IMG/VR virus record: IMGVR_UViG_3300025000_000005
Location: 1 to 64,000 of that record
Direction: 5' to 3' (one strand)
DNA length: 64,000 bases
Source of the DNA: a virus
The position numbers and the translations under genes are program-made. Shown here in pieces: positions 9,976 through 18,534 of the stretch. The notes below the pieces were generated by a model. The model had not been told where the DNA came from. It saw only the letters and a list, made by a program, of their open reading frames with translations, and did not search any database. How positions within the stretch are numbered: position 1 is the stretch's first letter; every line of letters begins with the position of its first letter.

Positions 9976-10197
9976 ATGAAGATCGGAATCAGAAAGCCGT
10001 CCCTGAATAAACGAATCTCCGCGAGGCTATCCGTGAAGCGGTTTTTGCGGCATAGCCTTGGGTTGAAAGCGCCCAGGGGGTGGGGTTGGATCACGAACCC
10101 GAGGAGAGCGCTTTACAACCGGATCTATTACCGGACAACGGTTGGCGTTGGCCTTCTCGGCGCCGTGGTTTATGCCCTTATCGGCTGGCTTTTTTAG
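9976..10197 (+). CDS. Small basic phage protein with C-terminal hydrophobic tail
   Basis: MKIGIRKPSL..RISAR...GWGWITNP..ALYNRIY, a recurrent phage pattern. Confidence 0.7.
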   Translation: MKIGIRKPSLNKRISARLSVKRFLRHSLGLKAPRGWGWITNPRRALYNRIYYRTTVGVGLLGAVVYALIGWLF

Positions 10198-10268
10198 GGA
10201 CCGTGCATAAAGAAAAAAAGTTCTATTGATAGAAAGATAGATTTTTTTCTTTAAATAAAGGATTGTCT

Positions 10269-10934
10269 ATGCGTAACATGTCGTTCGCAATGACCACTGA
10301 GCAGATCCGGCTCGGTTGTAAAGACGTGACCCGGCGCTTCGGTTGGTGGTTTTTGAAGCCTGGGGATTTGGTTTCTCCAGTAAAAAAGGGAATGGGCCTC
10401 AAAAAAGGCGAGACGGTCAAGAAAATCAGAGGCCCCATCCGGATTGTAAGCGTCCGGTCCGAACAGCTTATCTCTATTAATGACGTTGATGTTTTAAGGG
10501 AGGGGTTTGCCGTCTGGACTCCGGCCCAATACGTCGAAATGATGTGCAAGCATTACCGGTGCGATCCAAGTGAACCGGTCAACCGGATCGAGTTTACCTA
10601 TACCGATTCACCGCACACTAACAAGGCGTTTATCTCAACGAATGAATCAGCCGCCCGAGCCGCCGAATTCTGCAAATGCCATCCGGGGTGGCAACGCATT
10701 TGCGATATCGATGATTCATTTAATCTATATTTGTCGTTTGAGGAGATCCCAAAAGAAGAAAGGAAGTTTTGGAAACACGCTCATGGCGAATACGCCGCCG
10801 ATGCATGGGCGGAATTCGGTGTTGGCAAATGCAGGTTTCCGACCGGTTATATCTCCGGTACCGGCCTTTTTTATTCACACAACCACCACATACCGAAATT
10901 CCACAACTCAATGATGGTCATTAAAACGGGGTGA
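10269..10934 (+). CDS. ASCH-domain protein with C-terminal extra domain
   Basis: MSFAMTTEQIRLGCKDVTRR (ASCH GxKxxTxR-like)...VNRIEF. Confidence 0.7.
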   Translation: MRNMSFAMTTEQIRLGCKDVTRRFGWWFLKPGDLVSPVKKGMGLKKGETVKKIRGPIRIVSVRSEQLISINDVDVLREGFAVWTPAQYVEMMCKHYRCDPSEPVNRIEFTYTDSPHTNKAFISTNESAARAAEFCKCHPGWQRICDIDDSFNLYLSFEEIPKEERKFWKHAHGEYAADAWAEFGVGKCRFPTGYISGTGLFYSHNHHIPKFHNSMMVIKTG

Positions 10935-10937
10935 GTC

Positions 10938-11765
10938 ATGTCAACAAGCAAGATAGAATGGCTGGCAGATAAAAGCGGTAAGCCCGGAGTCACCTGGAAT
11001 CCAATATCGGGATGTTCCCCTATAAGCCACGGCTGCCAAAACTGCTACGCGGCCCGTATGGCGAAGCGTCTTGCCGGCCGATGCGGTTACCCGGCAGATG
11101 ATCCGTTCCGGGTGACACTGCATCAGGATAAAATGAACGAACCGTTGCTATGGAAAAAGCCGAAGCGAATCTTTGTTTGCTCCATGGGGGACCTCTTCCA
11201 TGACAATGTGGCTGACAGCGCCCTCGACCAGATATTCCAGACCATATTCACGTCGATGCGACACACATTCATAGTGCTCACGAAACGGCCCGAGAGGATG
11301 CTTGACTATTTCAACCATTTTTTATGGGGGAAGATTCCGGATAATCTATGGGTCGGCGTAACGGCAGAGAATCAGGAATGGGCCGATAAGCGGATACCGA
11401 TTCTGATGGAGGTCCAGGCTAAGGTCCGTTTCGTTTCGGTGGAACCCATGCTCGGGCCGGTGGATTTAACGCCGTGGTTACCGCATTTCCTCGATTTTTC
11501 GTACACGACCGATCCGCCGCGGCTTGATTGGGTTATTGTCGGCGGGGAAAATGGGCATAGAGCAAGGCCGATGAACCTTGAATGGGTGAGGCTATTACGC
11601 GATCAGTGCGTTCAAGCCGGAACCCCGTTCTTCTTTAAAGGGTGGGGGGAATGGATGCCCGGAGACGAAAAGGACCGGGTCGATCACTTCAAGGTCGGGA
11701 AAAAGAGATCCGGTCGGATGCTCGACGGAAAAGAGTGGAATGAATACCCGGAAGGAGGCTCATGA
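10938..11765 (+). CDS. Phage Gp37/Gp68 (DUF5131) radical-SAM-like protein
   Basis: SKIEW, TWNP, GCSPISHGCQNCYA, FVCSMGDLFH, LTKRPER, WVIVGGE, PFFFK. Confidence 0.9.
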   Translation: MSTSKIEWLADKSGKPGVTWNPISGCSPISHGCQNCYAARMAKRLAGRCGYPADDPFRVTLHQDKMNEPLLWKKPKRIFVCSMGDLFHDNVADSALDQIFQTIFTSMRHTFIVLTKRPERMLDYFNHFLWGKIPDNLWVGVTAENQEWADKRIPILMEVQAKVRFVSVEPMLGPVDLTPWLPHFLDFSYTTDPPRLDWVIVGGENGHRARPMNLEWVRLLRDQCVQAGTPFFFKGWGEWMPGDEKDRVDHFKVGKKRSGRMLDGKEWNEYPEGGS

Positions 11766-12142
11766 AAAGGCTAAAAGTATATGATTTCAAAAATGTAAAC
11801 GATTTTGTCCATGATATAGACGTTGAGTTCGAGGATATGCAGGGGGCTTGCCTTGAGCTGGTGGCTGAGATTGAAAAGCTAAAAAAAGATGTGAGCTACC
11901 TGCTGACCAGGGCGGCCAAGGCTGGCGGTATCGGTTTCGGTGGTGATCGTGATTATGGAGAATCGAGCAACGCCTTGGTCCATTTCGCGTTTACCGGGAA
12001 AACACCGACTGCTTGGCCGTATGACGAAAGCGATTATAAAGCATGCGTATTGGCTGTTAAAAAGCTCCCGAAACATCGAAAATCCGAGGCTGTCTTTAAA
12101 AATTTAGAAATTGCAAAGGCGAAATATGAGTCAAGACGGTAA
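11762..12142 (+). CDS. Hypothetical protein
   Basis: ATGA overlap, GGAGG RBS. Confidence 0.65.
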   Translation: MKRLKVYDFKNVNDFVHDIDVEFEDMQGACLELVAEIEKLKKDVSYLLTRAAKAGGIGFGGDRDYGESSNALVHFAFTGKTPTAWPYDESDYKACVLAVKKLPKHRKSEAVFKNLEIAKAKYESRR

Positions 12143-12332
12143 TGGCGAATGCTGGACGTGCAAGCATTCATTCGTAAAAATACCCATCAATCCAAATCCT
12201 GGCGACTCTTGCGATTTCTGCCGTCGCTTCGGGATTTGGATTCCCTATACGCCTGGAGTCAGGCGCCCTCCGAAGGAATGCAGCTCGTGGTTGCCATATG
12301 CGCCGGAAGAAAAGGCACAGCAAGCTGCATGA
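12126..12332 (+). CDS. Small Cys-rich protein
   Basis: CWTC...CDFC...C; stop overlaps next ATG. Confidence 0.5.
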   Translation: MSQDGNGECWTCKHSFVKIPINPNPGDSCDFCRRFGIWIPYTPGVRRPPKECSSWLPYAPEEKAQQAA

Positions 12333-12477
12333 CCGAAAAGTTTCTTGATATCCTACCTATAATCATCATGGCCGAATCATTTCTGGCCGCTATCCCTTTG
12401 CTTATAGCCCACCGGTGGGGGAGCGCCTCCTATTGGATAGCTGCCTGACTTCTGAATTTCGCGGTTGTTTTCGGAAT
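12329..12477 (+). pseudogene. Small membrane-protein gene with internal TGA, abutting the CRISPR array
   Basis: MTEKFLDILPIII...YWIAA*LLNFAVVFGM: the hydrophobic frame continues past TGA 12446-12448 into repeat 1. Confidence 0.45.
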
Positions 12478-13097
12478 GTCTCATGAACTAACCCCACGAG
12501 CAGGGACTTGAAAGCCATCAGTAATTTCCTCCATCACGTCAATCCACTCAGTCTCATGTACAAACCCCACGAGCAGGGATTGAAAGCCTTTCCCCTTGTC
12601 CTTTATCGTTTCCGGTAACAAGTCTCATGAACAAACCCCATGAGCAGGGGATTGAAAGCACCTGGAATATTTCCGGAATAATTTGTTTGAGCCGGTCTCA
12701 GAAACGACTCCTCTGAGCAGGATACTGAAACTTGACCCATCATAAAACATCAAACAACGACAACACAAGTCTCAGAAACGACTCCTCTGAGCAGGATACT
12801 GAAACCGGATACCGGTGGGCAACTTTACAAAACGAGAAGTTGTCTCAGAAACGACTCCTCTGAGCAGGATACTGAAACGGGCGGAAACCAAAAGAGATAG
12901 TTGAAGCAGTTAAGGTCTCAGAAACGACTCCTCTGAGCAGGATACTGAAACGCCGGACAAAAAAAACAATCCGCACTTGCCCCAAAAGTCTCAGAAACGA
13001 CTCCTCTGAGCAGGATACTGAAACAGAATCTACCTTGAAAAAAATTGCGCCGCCGATGGGGTCTCAGAAACGACTCCTCTGAGCAGGATACTGAAAC
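12478..13097 (-). CRISPR. CRISPR array: 9 repeats (36-37 nt), 8 spacers (35-37 nt), two repeat types
   Basis: Six identical GTCTCAGAAACGACTCCTCTGAGCAGGATACTGAAAC at 12695, 12769, 12842, 12915, 12988, 13061; three variant repeats of type GTCTCATGAACAAACCCCATGAGCAGGGGATTGAAAG at 12478, 12551, 12622. Minus orientation inferred from leader position and cas gene strand. Confidence 0.97.
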
Positions 13098-13251
13098 AGT
13101 ATACCTAAAAACCGTTTAAAAAGCAACACATTATCCATGGTTTTTCGAGAGGTCGGCATCCCGGAACCCACCATACCGCCGACCTCTCAAATAGAGCCCA
13201 CCATTTTTAAACAAAATTCAAAAATAACAACGGCATAAACTTTTCGAGCGC
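13098..13251 (-). promoter_or_regulatory. CRISPR leader
   Basis: AT-rich, lies between the cas stop and the conserved array end; perfect 11-bp inverted repeat GAGAGGTCGGC (13147-13157)/GCCGACCTCTC (13178-13188); TTTTCGAG direct repeat. Confidence 0.7.
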
Positions 13252-15051
13252 TCACGGGGTTTCCGGCGGAACATCACCGCTCGAATCGAGGTAGGCGGTC
13301 AAAAGATTCTTGGACGCCGCCCAATCCTGATCGTAGACCTTCCCGCACTTGCTGCACTGGACCATGATGTTCGTTTTCCGGCCCGGCTTGATAGTCCCGC
13401 CGCAAAACGGGCATGTTTTTGTGATATTCTTCGAGTCTAACTTGACGTGTTCCTTCCCGGCAGAGCGCATGGCCCGTATGGTTTCCGTCCTAAAAGTCGA
13501 AACGGAAGCGAGATCGCTCATTCTCCTGATATGGTCGTCATTGTCCGCGCCCTCCTCGGCTTTCTTCTTCCCCTTCGTTTTTCGGAGGTCAAAATCCTCC
13601 TGGATGACGACATCATATTCTTTTGAAAGTTTGAGCGCAATCTTCCGGTATTCGCACAATCGCCGGCCGCGGATACGGTCCGACAAATTAGCATGCCATT
13701 GCCATAAATGCTTGTCCTGTTTGCGCCACGCCTCAATTTTGTTAAACGCCTCTTCGTCTCCATGGAATCGAAACTCGGGCGGGTCCCCTTCGCGCCGGAA
13801 TCCTCTGCCACTCCACTGAATCGCTACCGATGCCAGTTGAGCCTCAGATTTCCAGCTCATCATCATTTTTGTCCTCTCCGATAGCCACGGCGGAACGATA
13901 TCGGCGTTTGCCTTTTTCCACTCATTGAACCATGCAACGGTTTCATTGAAATTTTTCTTCCGGATGCCTTGAAGCGATGCCGCCTTTTCGTTCGAGACGG
14001 TATATTCACTTCCCAGCAGGATCTCTTCTTCGACTCCCCGGCTGTCAAGCATATAGGCTATGCGTGTCGCCAGACCCTTGGCCCTCCATCCTATATTTAT
14101 GGCGACACAATGCCCGGTCCTTTCAAGCGGGACCGAACAATCTTCCCGGACGGTGACAGTTAAGGACCACACGAATTTATCGGCCAGCTTCGAAACATGT
14201 ATTGAAACAGACTTGATTTCGGCTGATTCCGGGATTGGTCTATGCATGACGATGGGTATTTCAAGCCAAATGGGAACGGTCTTTTTTTCTCCGGAACCTA
14301 TCCGGATTCGCGCTTTGGTCCTTTTCAACCGCCCTCGCTCTCCCCTGGACGGGTGAGTCCAAGCATCGGCTGGCAATCGGTCGATCTGAAAATAGTTGTT
14401 GGACCCAAGAAAAGCCTGAGTGATGTTCATGCCGCCTTGTATTTGGCATGTCCACCGGCCAACCCGCTCAAATCGGTGGAATTGAAGCTCGGGTCTTTTT
14501 TGGCCATCCTCTACTTGCGTCTTCATGATTGCCATTCGAGCCGTTTCGAATGAATCCATTACAGCCAGATAGTTGCCCCAATAAAGGCCGTTTTGGGCAT
14601 ATTCTTGACGAATGGCCACGTTCTTATCGTATCGCTCACCATCCAACTCGTGGAGCTGAGGCTTAACCGTGTCCTTCACGAATGCCCATATCTCTTTCTT
14701 TTCGGCTATCAGGGGTTTCTTTTGCGCCTTCAGTTCGACAATCTCGGCCTTGAGGTCGGAAGGCGTGCCTTTGATGCCGTCCTGGCGCCCCTTCTTGATC
14801 TCGGTTCGTATCTCTTCTGTCCTCACCTTGATATCCTCTATTTGCTTCCTCAGAACCGGCAACCGGGCATCGGCACCATCTCGAATAGCCCAGTATTTTT
14901 CCGTAAAAACCTTGTCGGCTTCCACGAGCGCATTCCAGAAACGGTTTTGAAGGCGAAGCTGCTCCATGGCGACCTCGCTTTCGACAGCCGTTTTTAGCGG
15001 GGATCCAAATTTGTAGACTCGGGCACTTTTGTCGGACTTTGACCTTTTCAT
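13252..15051 (-). CDS. cas12m: Type V-M CRISPR effector Cas12m (V-U1/C2c4), RuvC predicted nuclease-dead
   Basis: 599 aa; colinear Cas12m motifs GLYWGNY, FHRFE.VGR..CQIQ, MHRPIP, VAINIGWR (RuvC-I), WKS..QL, W..QDKHLWQW, IQEDFD (RuvC-II), CPFC/CSKC zinc finger, YDQD (RuvC-III); adjacent to the array. Confidence 0.88.
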   Translation of the reverse strand: MKRSKSDKSARVYKFGSPLKTAVESEVAMEQLRLQNRFWNALVEADKVFTEKYWAIRDGADARLPVLRKQIEDIKVRTEEIRTEIKKGRQDGIKGTPSDLKAEIVELKAQKKPLIAEKKEIWAFVKDTVKPQLHELDGERYDKNVAIRQEYAQNGLYWGNYLAVMDSFETARMAIMKTQVEDGQKRPELQFHRFERVGRWTCQIQGGMNITQAFLGSNNYFQIDRLPADAWTHPSRGERGRLKRTKARIRIGSGEKKTVPIWLEIPIVMHRPIPESAEIKSVSIHVSKLADKFVWSLTVTVREDCSVPLERTGHCVAINIGWRAKGLATRIAYMLDSRGVEEEILLGSEYTVSNEKAASLQGIRKKNFNETVAWFNEWKKANADIVPPWLSERTKMMMSWKSEAQLASVAIQWSGRGFRREGDPPEFRFHGDEEAFNKIEAWRKQDKHLWQWHANLSDRIRGRRLCEYRKIALKLSKEYDVVIQEDFDLRKTKGKKKAEEGADNDDHIRRMSDLASVSTFRTETIRAMRSAGKEHVKLDSKNITKTCPFCGGTIKPGRKTNIMVQCSKCGKVYDQDWAASKNLLTAYLDSSGDVPPETP

Positions 15052-15060
15052 GCATTCTCC

Positions 15061-15591
15061 TTATTTTTTCTTGAACGTGGTCGACATCTGGAACAAATCA
15101 TCGGTGGAATAGGAATACATAGCTGCCAGATACAAATCGAAATCGTCTTGCGTGTATTCGGTTTCGAGTTGCTTCCGGACCGTGGCATGAAACAGCTTCA
15201 CGGCGTCCGGTTTCAATCCGACGATTTTCATCCCTTTTAGGATAGGCCCATCGAGCAGGTAAAACGTGATCGCGTTTTTCACCTGACCGTTTTCGGGTTC
15301 CATGTAGTCGTCTATCCGTGCCTGGTCCACAACCCGTGCGTTAAAGCTGCAATCGATCCGCCCGAACGGTTTCGGGAAATCGAAGATCCAGATGGCTATA
15401 GGAACCGGAGTTGAGGATTCAAGGTATCCGTACCACTGGAAGGATTTTTTGAACATCTGCCGCTCAGGGCGGGCAAGTTGGGGGAACTGAATCAGGCAGG
15501 TGAGCCCGCCGCCCCAAAGCTCCAGCGTAATTCCCTCGACTATCGGGACCGGACCGGGAAAGATTTCGCCTACTCTAAATGTGGTCAGCAT
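15061..15591 (-). CDS. Hypothetical protein immediately upstream of cas12m
   Basis: Start MLTTFRVGE after AGGAG; stop lies 9 nt before the cas12m ATG. Confidence 0.7.
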   Translation of the reverse strand: MLTTFRVGEIFPGPVPIVEGITLELWGGGLTCLIQFPQLARPERQMFKKSFQWYGYLESSTPVPIAIWIFDFPKPFGRIDCSFNARVVDQARIDDYMEPENGQVKNAITFYLLDGPILKGMKIVGLKPDAVKLFHATVRKQLETEYTQDDFDLYLAAMYSYSTDDLFQMSTTFKKK

Positions 15592-16048
15592 TATCGGTCT
15601 CCTTTCTGTCGCAACGCGCAACCATCTGCTCGTCAATTCCCTTCGAGTATGATGGCTTTTTCCCCGGGGAGCGATACCGGACCATCTCAAGATCATCTTG
15701 AGCTATTACCCACCGGCCGTCTTCATCCATTTTAGCCGGGAGGTCCTTGTTGCTTATTAAGGCATTGACTCGTCGCCGTGCCACTCCAAGCGCTTTGGCC
15801 GCCGCCGCCGTACCGATCGTTTTGATGGTGATGATATGGCCAAGTCCGAGTTCTGAAAATCTGAAAAAGAACTTTTCCGGCCATACCGTGGTTCCGGAAA
15901 ACATCCGGACCACTTCAGAGGAAGGGACCTCATCGGGGATATCCACAATGATATATGTGCTGGTTCGACCGTCAGTGCCCGGTTTTGCCAGTGGGTTTTG
16001 AAGCGTTGGCGCACCCCCGCAAACGACTTTGATTTTTAGTGACTTCAT
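15575..16048 (-). CDS. Protein with C-terminal MerR/excisionase-like HTH
   Basis: IGTAAAAKALGVARRRVNALISNKDLPA...GRWVI; ATG after GGAGG. Confidence 0.7.
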   Translation of the reverse strand: MKSLKIKVVCGGAPTLQNPLAKPGTDGRTSTYIIVDIPDEVPSSEVVRMFSGTTVWPEKFFFRFSELGLGHIITIKTIGTAAAAKALGVARRRVNALISNKDLPAKMDEDGRWVIAQDDLEMVRYRSPGKKPSYSKGIDEQMVARCDRKETDNADHI

Positions 16049-17247
16049 TTCGCCTCCCCGTCCGCTATCGCCGTGCATGCCCAAATCCTGCCTGACAGCT
16101 CCGGCGAAAAAGGAACCCGCCAGCCGATCGCCCCCGCGCCGCCCGTCCGGATATTGTTACGACTCCACATATCGCCGTCCGCCCCGTTGTTTTGGACATA
16201 CCAAATCCATTCCGGACCGATGACAAACCAATCACCGCCGCCATAGATGGTTCCCCTATCGGAAACACGGCCGCCTTCCGGGAAAATCGGTCCATCAGGA
16301 TACTCTCCGGATTTTTTGATCTCTTCGCTGATGGCACTGCGTTCTTTCTCAGCGGCTTTCTTTTGCTCACGTTCGGAAATTCGCAATCTCACCGGCGCCG
16401 ACTCCTCATCCGTGGCCGCCCTGCACCTGGCTGAAAAATAATATCCCTGATCATCTCCAACGCCGAACGAAAGGCCATCCTCCCTGAAATATTTTTTCGT
16501 GCAGGAAACTACATAGACGAATTCGGGATAATCTGGATATCGCTCAGGGGAGTTTTTCAGCACTTGCCCGACATGGTATTCTTCATATCCATATCCGGAA
16601 CCGCCGCCGATCCGGTAGGGCGCTTCCGCTTCCAGTTTTTCCGCCTGAACTTTGGCCGCGGAACAATCAACATGCTCAAGAAACTTCTCCCCGCCCTGGT
16701 ACCGGTAATGCGCTTCTTGCCCCGGGTCGATCCTGCTTTCGAACTTTGAACAATAACCGGTCCGTTCGGCGATCCAGCTTTTCCCGAAACTGGACTTTTG
16801 GGCCTTTGCCTCTTTGGCCTTTTGCGAAGCGGCCCTGGCATCTGCAACGGCAACCAGCATGCGGTTGTGCAGGTCCGCGTGATCCTCGACACCAAGTTCC
16901 TTCAGCTTGGAGACACCTTTTTCGTAGACATACCCCTCTGCGACCTTCGATTCGACAAACCCGAGCCACCGTTCAAGCTCTTTTCGGTTCGAGGCGCCCG
17001 CTGTTCCGGAAATCGACTTGATCCAGTTCTTTAAAACTGTCGTGAAGGATTTGGCCTTATCCAGGGGGACCACGAACAGCTTACGGTTTTCCCTGGCTTT
17101 GCCGTCCCAGTATCCGCCGAGTCGCTTTATCCGGCCGGCAAGATCCTCATCGTATCGGCCTTCGATAAGAATGTCGGATCCAAAAAGCTTGGTCGTGTAC
17201 CCGGTCGGGAGTTCGACTTTTTCTTCCCTATATATCCACATTGCCAT
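16045..17247 (-). CDS. Hypothetical multidomain phage protein
   Basis: 400-aa ORF, GGAG RBS, stop overlaps next start. Confidence 0.75.
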   Translation of the reverse strand: MAMWIYREEKVELPTGYTTKLFGSDILIEGRYDEDLAGRIKRLGGYWDGKARENRKLFVVPLDKAKSFTTVLKNWIKSISGTAGASNRKELERWLGFVESKVAEGYVYEKGVSKLKELGVEDHADLHNRMLVAVADARAASQKAKEAKAQKSSFGKSWIAERTGYCSKFESRIDPGQEAHYRYQGGEKFLEHVDCSAAKVQAEKLEAEAPYRIGGGSGYGYEEYHVGQVLKNSPERYPDYPEFVYVVSCTKKYFREDGLSFGVGDDQGYYFSARCRAATDEESAPVRLRISEREQKKAAEKERSAISEEIKKSGEYPDGPIFPEGGRVSDRGTIYGGGDWFVIGPEWIWYVQNNGADGDMWSRNNIRTGGAGAIGWRVPFSPELSGRIWACTAIADGEAK

Positions 17248-17257
17248 GATGCTCCCT

Positions 17258-17295
17258 TTCTGGCCGAATCTTAAAATTCTGGCCGAATCTTAAAA
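17258..17295. repeat. 19-bp perfect tandem duplication TTCTGGCCGAATCTTAAAA x2
   Basis: Copies at 17258-17276 and 17277-17295. Confidence 0.9.
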
Positions 17296-17652
17296 ATTAT
17301 CGATGTAAAATTTCTTGATAGCCTCGCCAACCGCCTGCGAGGAGAACTCCCCGCCTTCGCCGCCGAGGTGCGTGATCCATACGCCGGTTCCTTCCGGGGA
17401 TCTCGACAAAAGGAATTCCCCGATCAGGATCTTTGGATTCCGAAGCAGCAAGGCCATGTTCGGCGCTTCGGAGATCAGGCGTGCATTCGCCATCATTTCG
17501 TTTTGGGATATGGCGCGACGGACCCAATACCCATCGGTTTGGGCTATCCGGACCATTTGGCCGCCTACGCCCGCGCGGATCGAGACTGAGTTCGTAACCT
17601 TATCCATGTCTGTCAGCCATGGGCCGGGGGTGTGGTCGTTTAATATGGTCAT
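17290..17652 (-). CDS. Phage protein of the HTPGPW...ANARLI family
   Basis: HTPGPW and ANARLISEAP motifs. Confidence 0.75.
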   Translation of the reverse strand: MTILNDHTPGPWLTDMDKVTNSVSIRAGVGGQMVRIAQTDGYWVRRAISQNEMMANARLISEAPNMALLLRNPKILIGEFLLSRSPEGTGVWITHLGGEGGEFSSQAVGEAIKKFYIDNF

Positions 17653-17963
17653 GGCATATCCCCGTCTATCCCCAAAATATCCCCAAGCATTGCGTGTATC
17701 GTTTCCTTAACTTTTTTGATCGCTGCCTTTTCCGCACTTTTAAACGGGCAGGCGCTTGAGCATAACTCATAGTCTTCAATTCCGAGCTGCTCGGAATCCA
17801 GTGTGTATTTCCCTTCAAGGCCCGGATAATTTTTTTCGATGGAGATCAAAAAACTATTACACTGCCACACCCACCGGCTTTGATGATCACTCTTTCTCTT
17901 ACTACGACCGTAAACCGTTTGATCCTCCCATTTCATCTCCCCGCTTCCGAATTCTTTTTTCAT
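17649..17963 (-). CDS. Hypothetical protein
   Basis: ATG after GGAGG; overlapping stop/start. Confidence 0.65.
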   Translation of the reverse strand: MKKEFGSGEMKWEDQTVYGRSKRKSDHQSRWVWQCNSFLISIEKNYPGLEGKYTLDSEQLGIEDYELCSSACPFKSAEKAAIKKVKETIHAMLGDILGIDGDMP

Positions 17964-17964
17964 T

Positions 17965-18168
17965 TTAATCCTCCACGATTTCAACTTCGTCTTTGAAAAA
18001 ATAATAACACCGGCATGCTTCTATCTTTTTGCCGAATATGATCGTCTGCGTTTTTCCGGGGAGAGTCACCATATAATCGTATTTATAGTAATCGCTTGGC
18101 AGTACATCCCCTGTTTCTCCAGCGCGGAACCTATCCATCGGATCGGTATATAGTATCTTCCCCTTCAT
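17965..18168 (-). CDS. Hypothetical protein
   Basis: MKGKILYTD start after AAGGA. Confidence 0.55.
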   Translation of the reverse strand: MKGKILYTDPMDRFRAGETGDVLPSDYYKYDYMVTLPGKTQTIIFGKKIEACRCYYFFKDEVEIVED

Positions 18169-18173
18169 CGAAC

Positions 18174-18305
18174 CTAATCCTTTATACAAACCATGATCAA
18201 GAGCGCACATGTGAGCCCAAAGCCTGTCGCCACGCCTTCAAGATGCATCACGTATGCGCCAAGTCCGCAAATCCCGATTACCCCCAACCCTTTGCCGATG
18301 CTCAT
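18174..18305 (-). CDS. 43-aa small hydrophobic protein (not in ORF track)
   Basis: MSIGKGLGVIGICGLGAYVMHLEGVATGFGLTCALLIMVCIKD; GAGGAGG RBS; ATGA overlap with the upstream stop. Confidence 0.55.
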   Translation of the reverse strand: MSIGKGLGVIGICGLGAYVMHLEGVATGFGLTCALLIMVCIKD

Positions 18306-18523
18306 TGTCCCTCCTCGACATGCGATATTTCGAGCCACTCCCCGTCCATGAGCTGTGCGGCCGCATCCTGTGCTGAGTGAATATCGTCCGGGTCGATGTC
18401 GTATTGGTCTAACCCGTAAGCACTAACATAATCGAATAAATCAAACTCTCTCCCGGCCTCGACGTAAAATTTAAATCCTGAAAAATCAGGCGTTTTCGTT
18501 TTTGTGATTTCTAATTTTTTCAT
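18302..18523 (-). CDS. Small acidic protein
   Basis: 73 aa, D/E-rich; AAGGA RBS. Confidence 0.65.
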   Translation of the reverse strand: MKKLEITKTKTPDFSGFKFYVEAGREFDLFDYVSAYGLDQYDIDPDDIHSAQDAAAQLMDGEWLEISHVEEGQ

Positions 18524-18534
18524 GATCCAGTCCT

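Noticed and set aside
12515-13060. Self-targeting spacers
   Set aside because: By eye only short matches were found (e.g. 11 nt of spacer 7 near 2207), compatible with chance; a proper alignment is still needed
13252-15051. IS200/IS605 TnpB transposon gene
   Set aside because: Too long, has Cas12m-specific N-terminal motifs, no tnpA or IS ends seen, and sits next to an array
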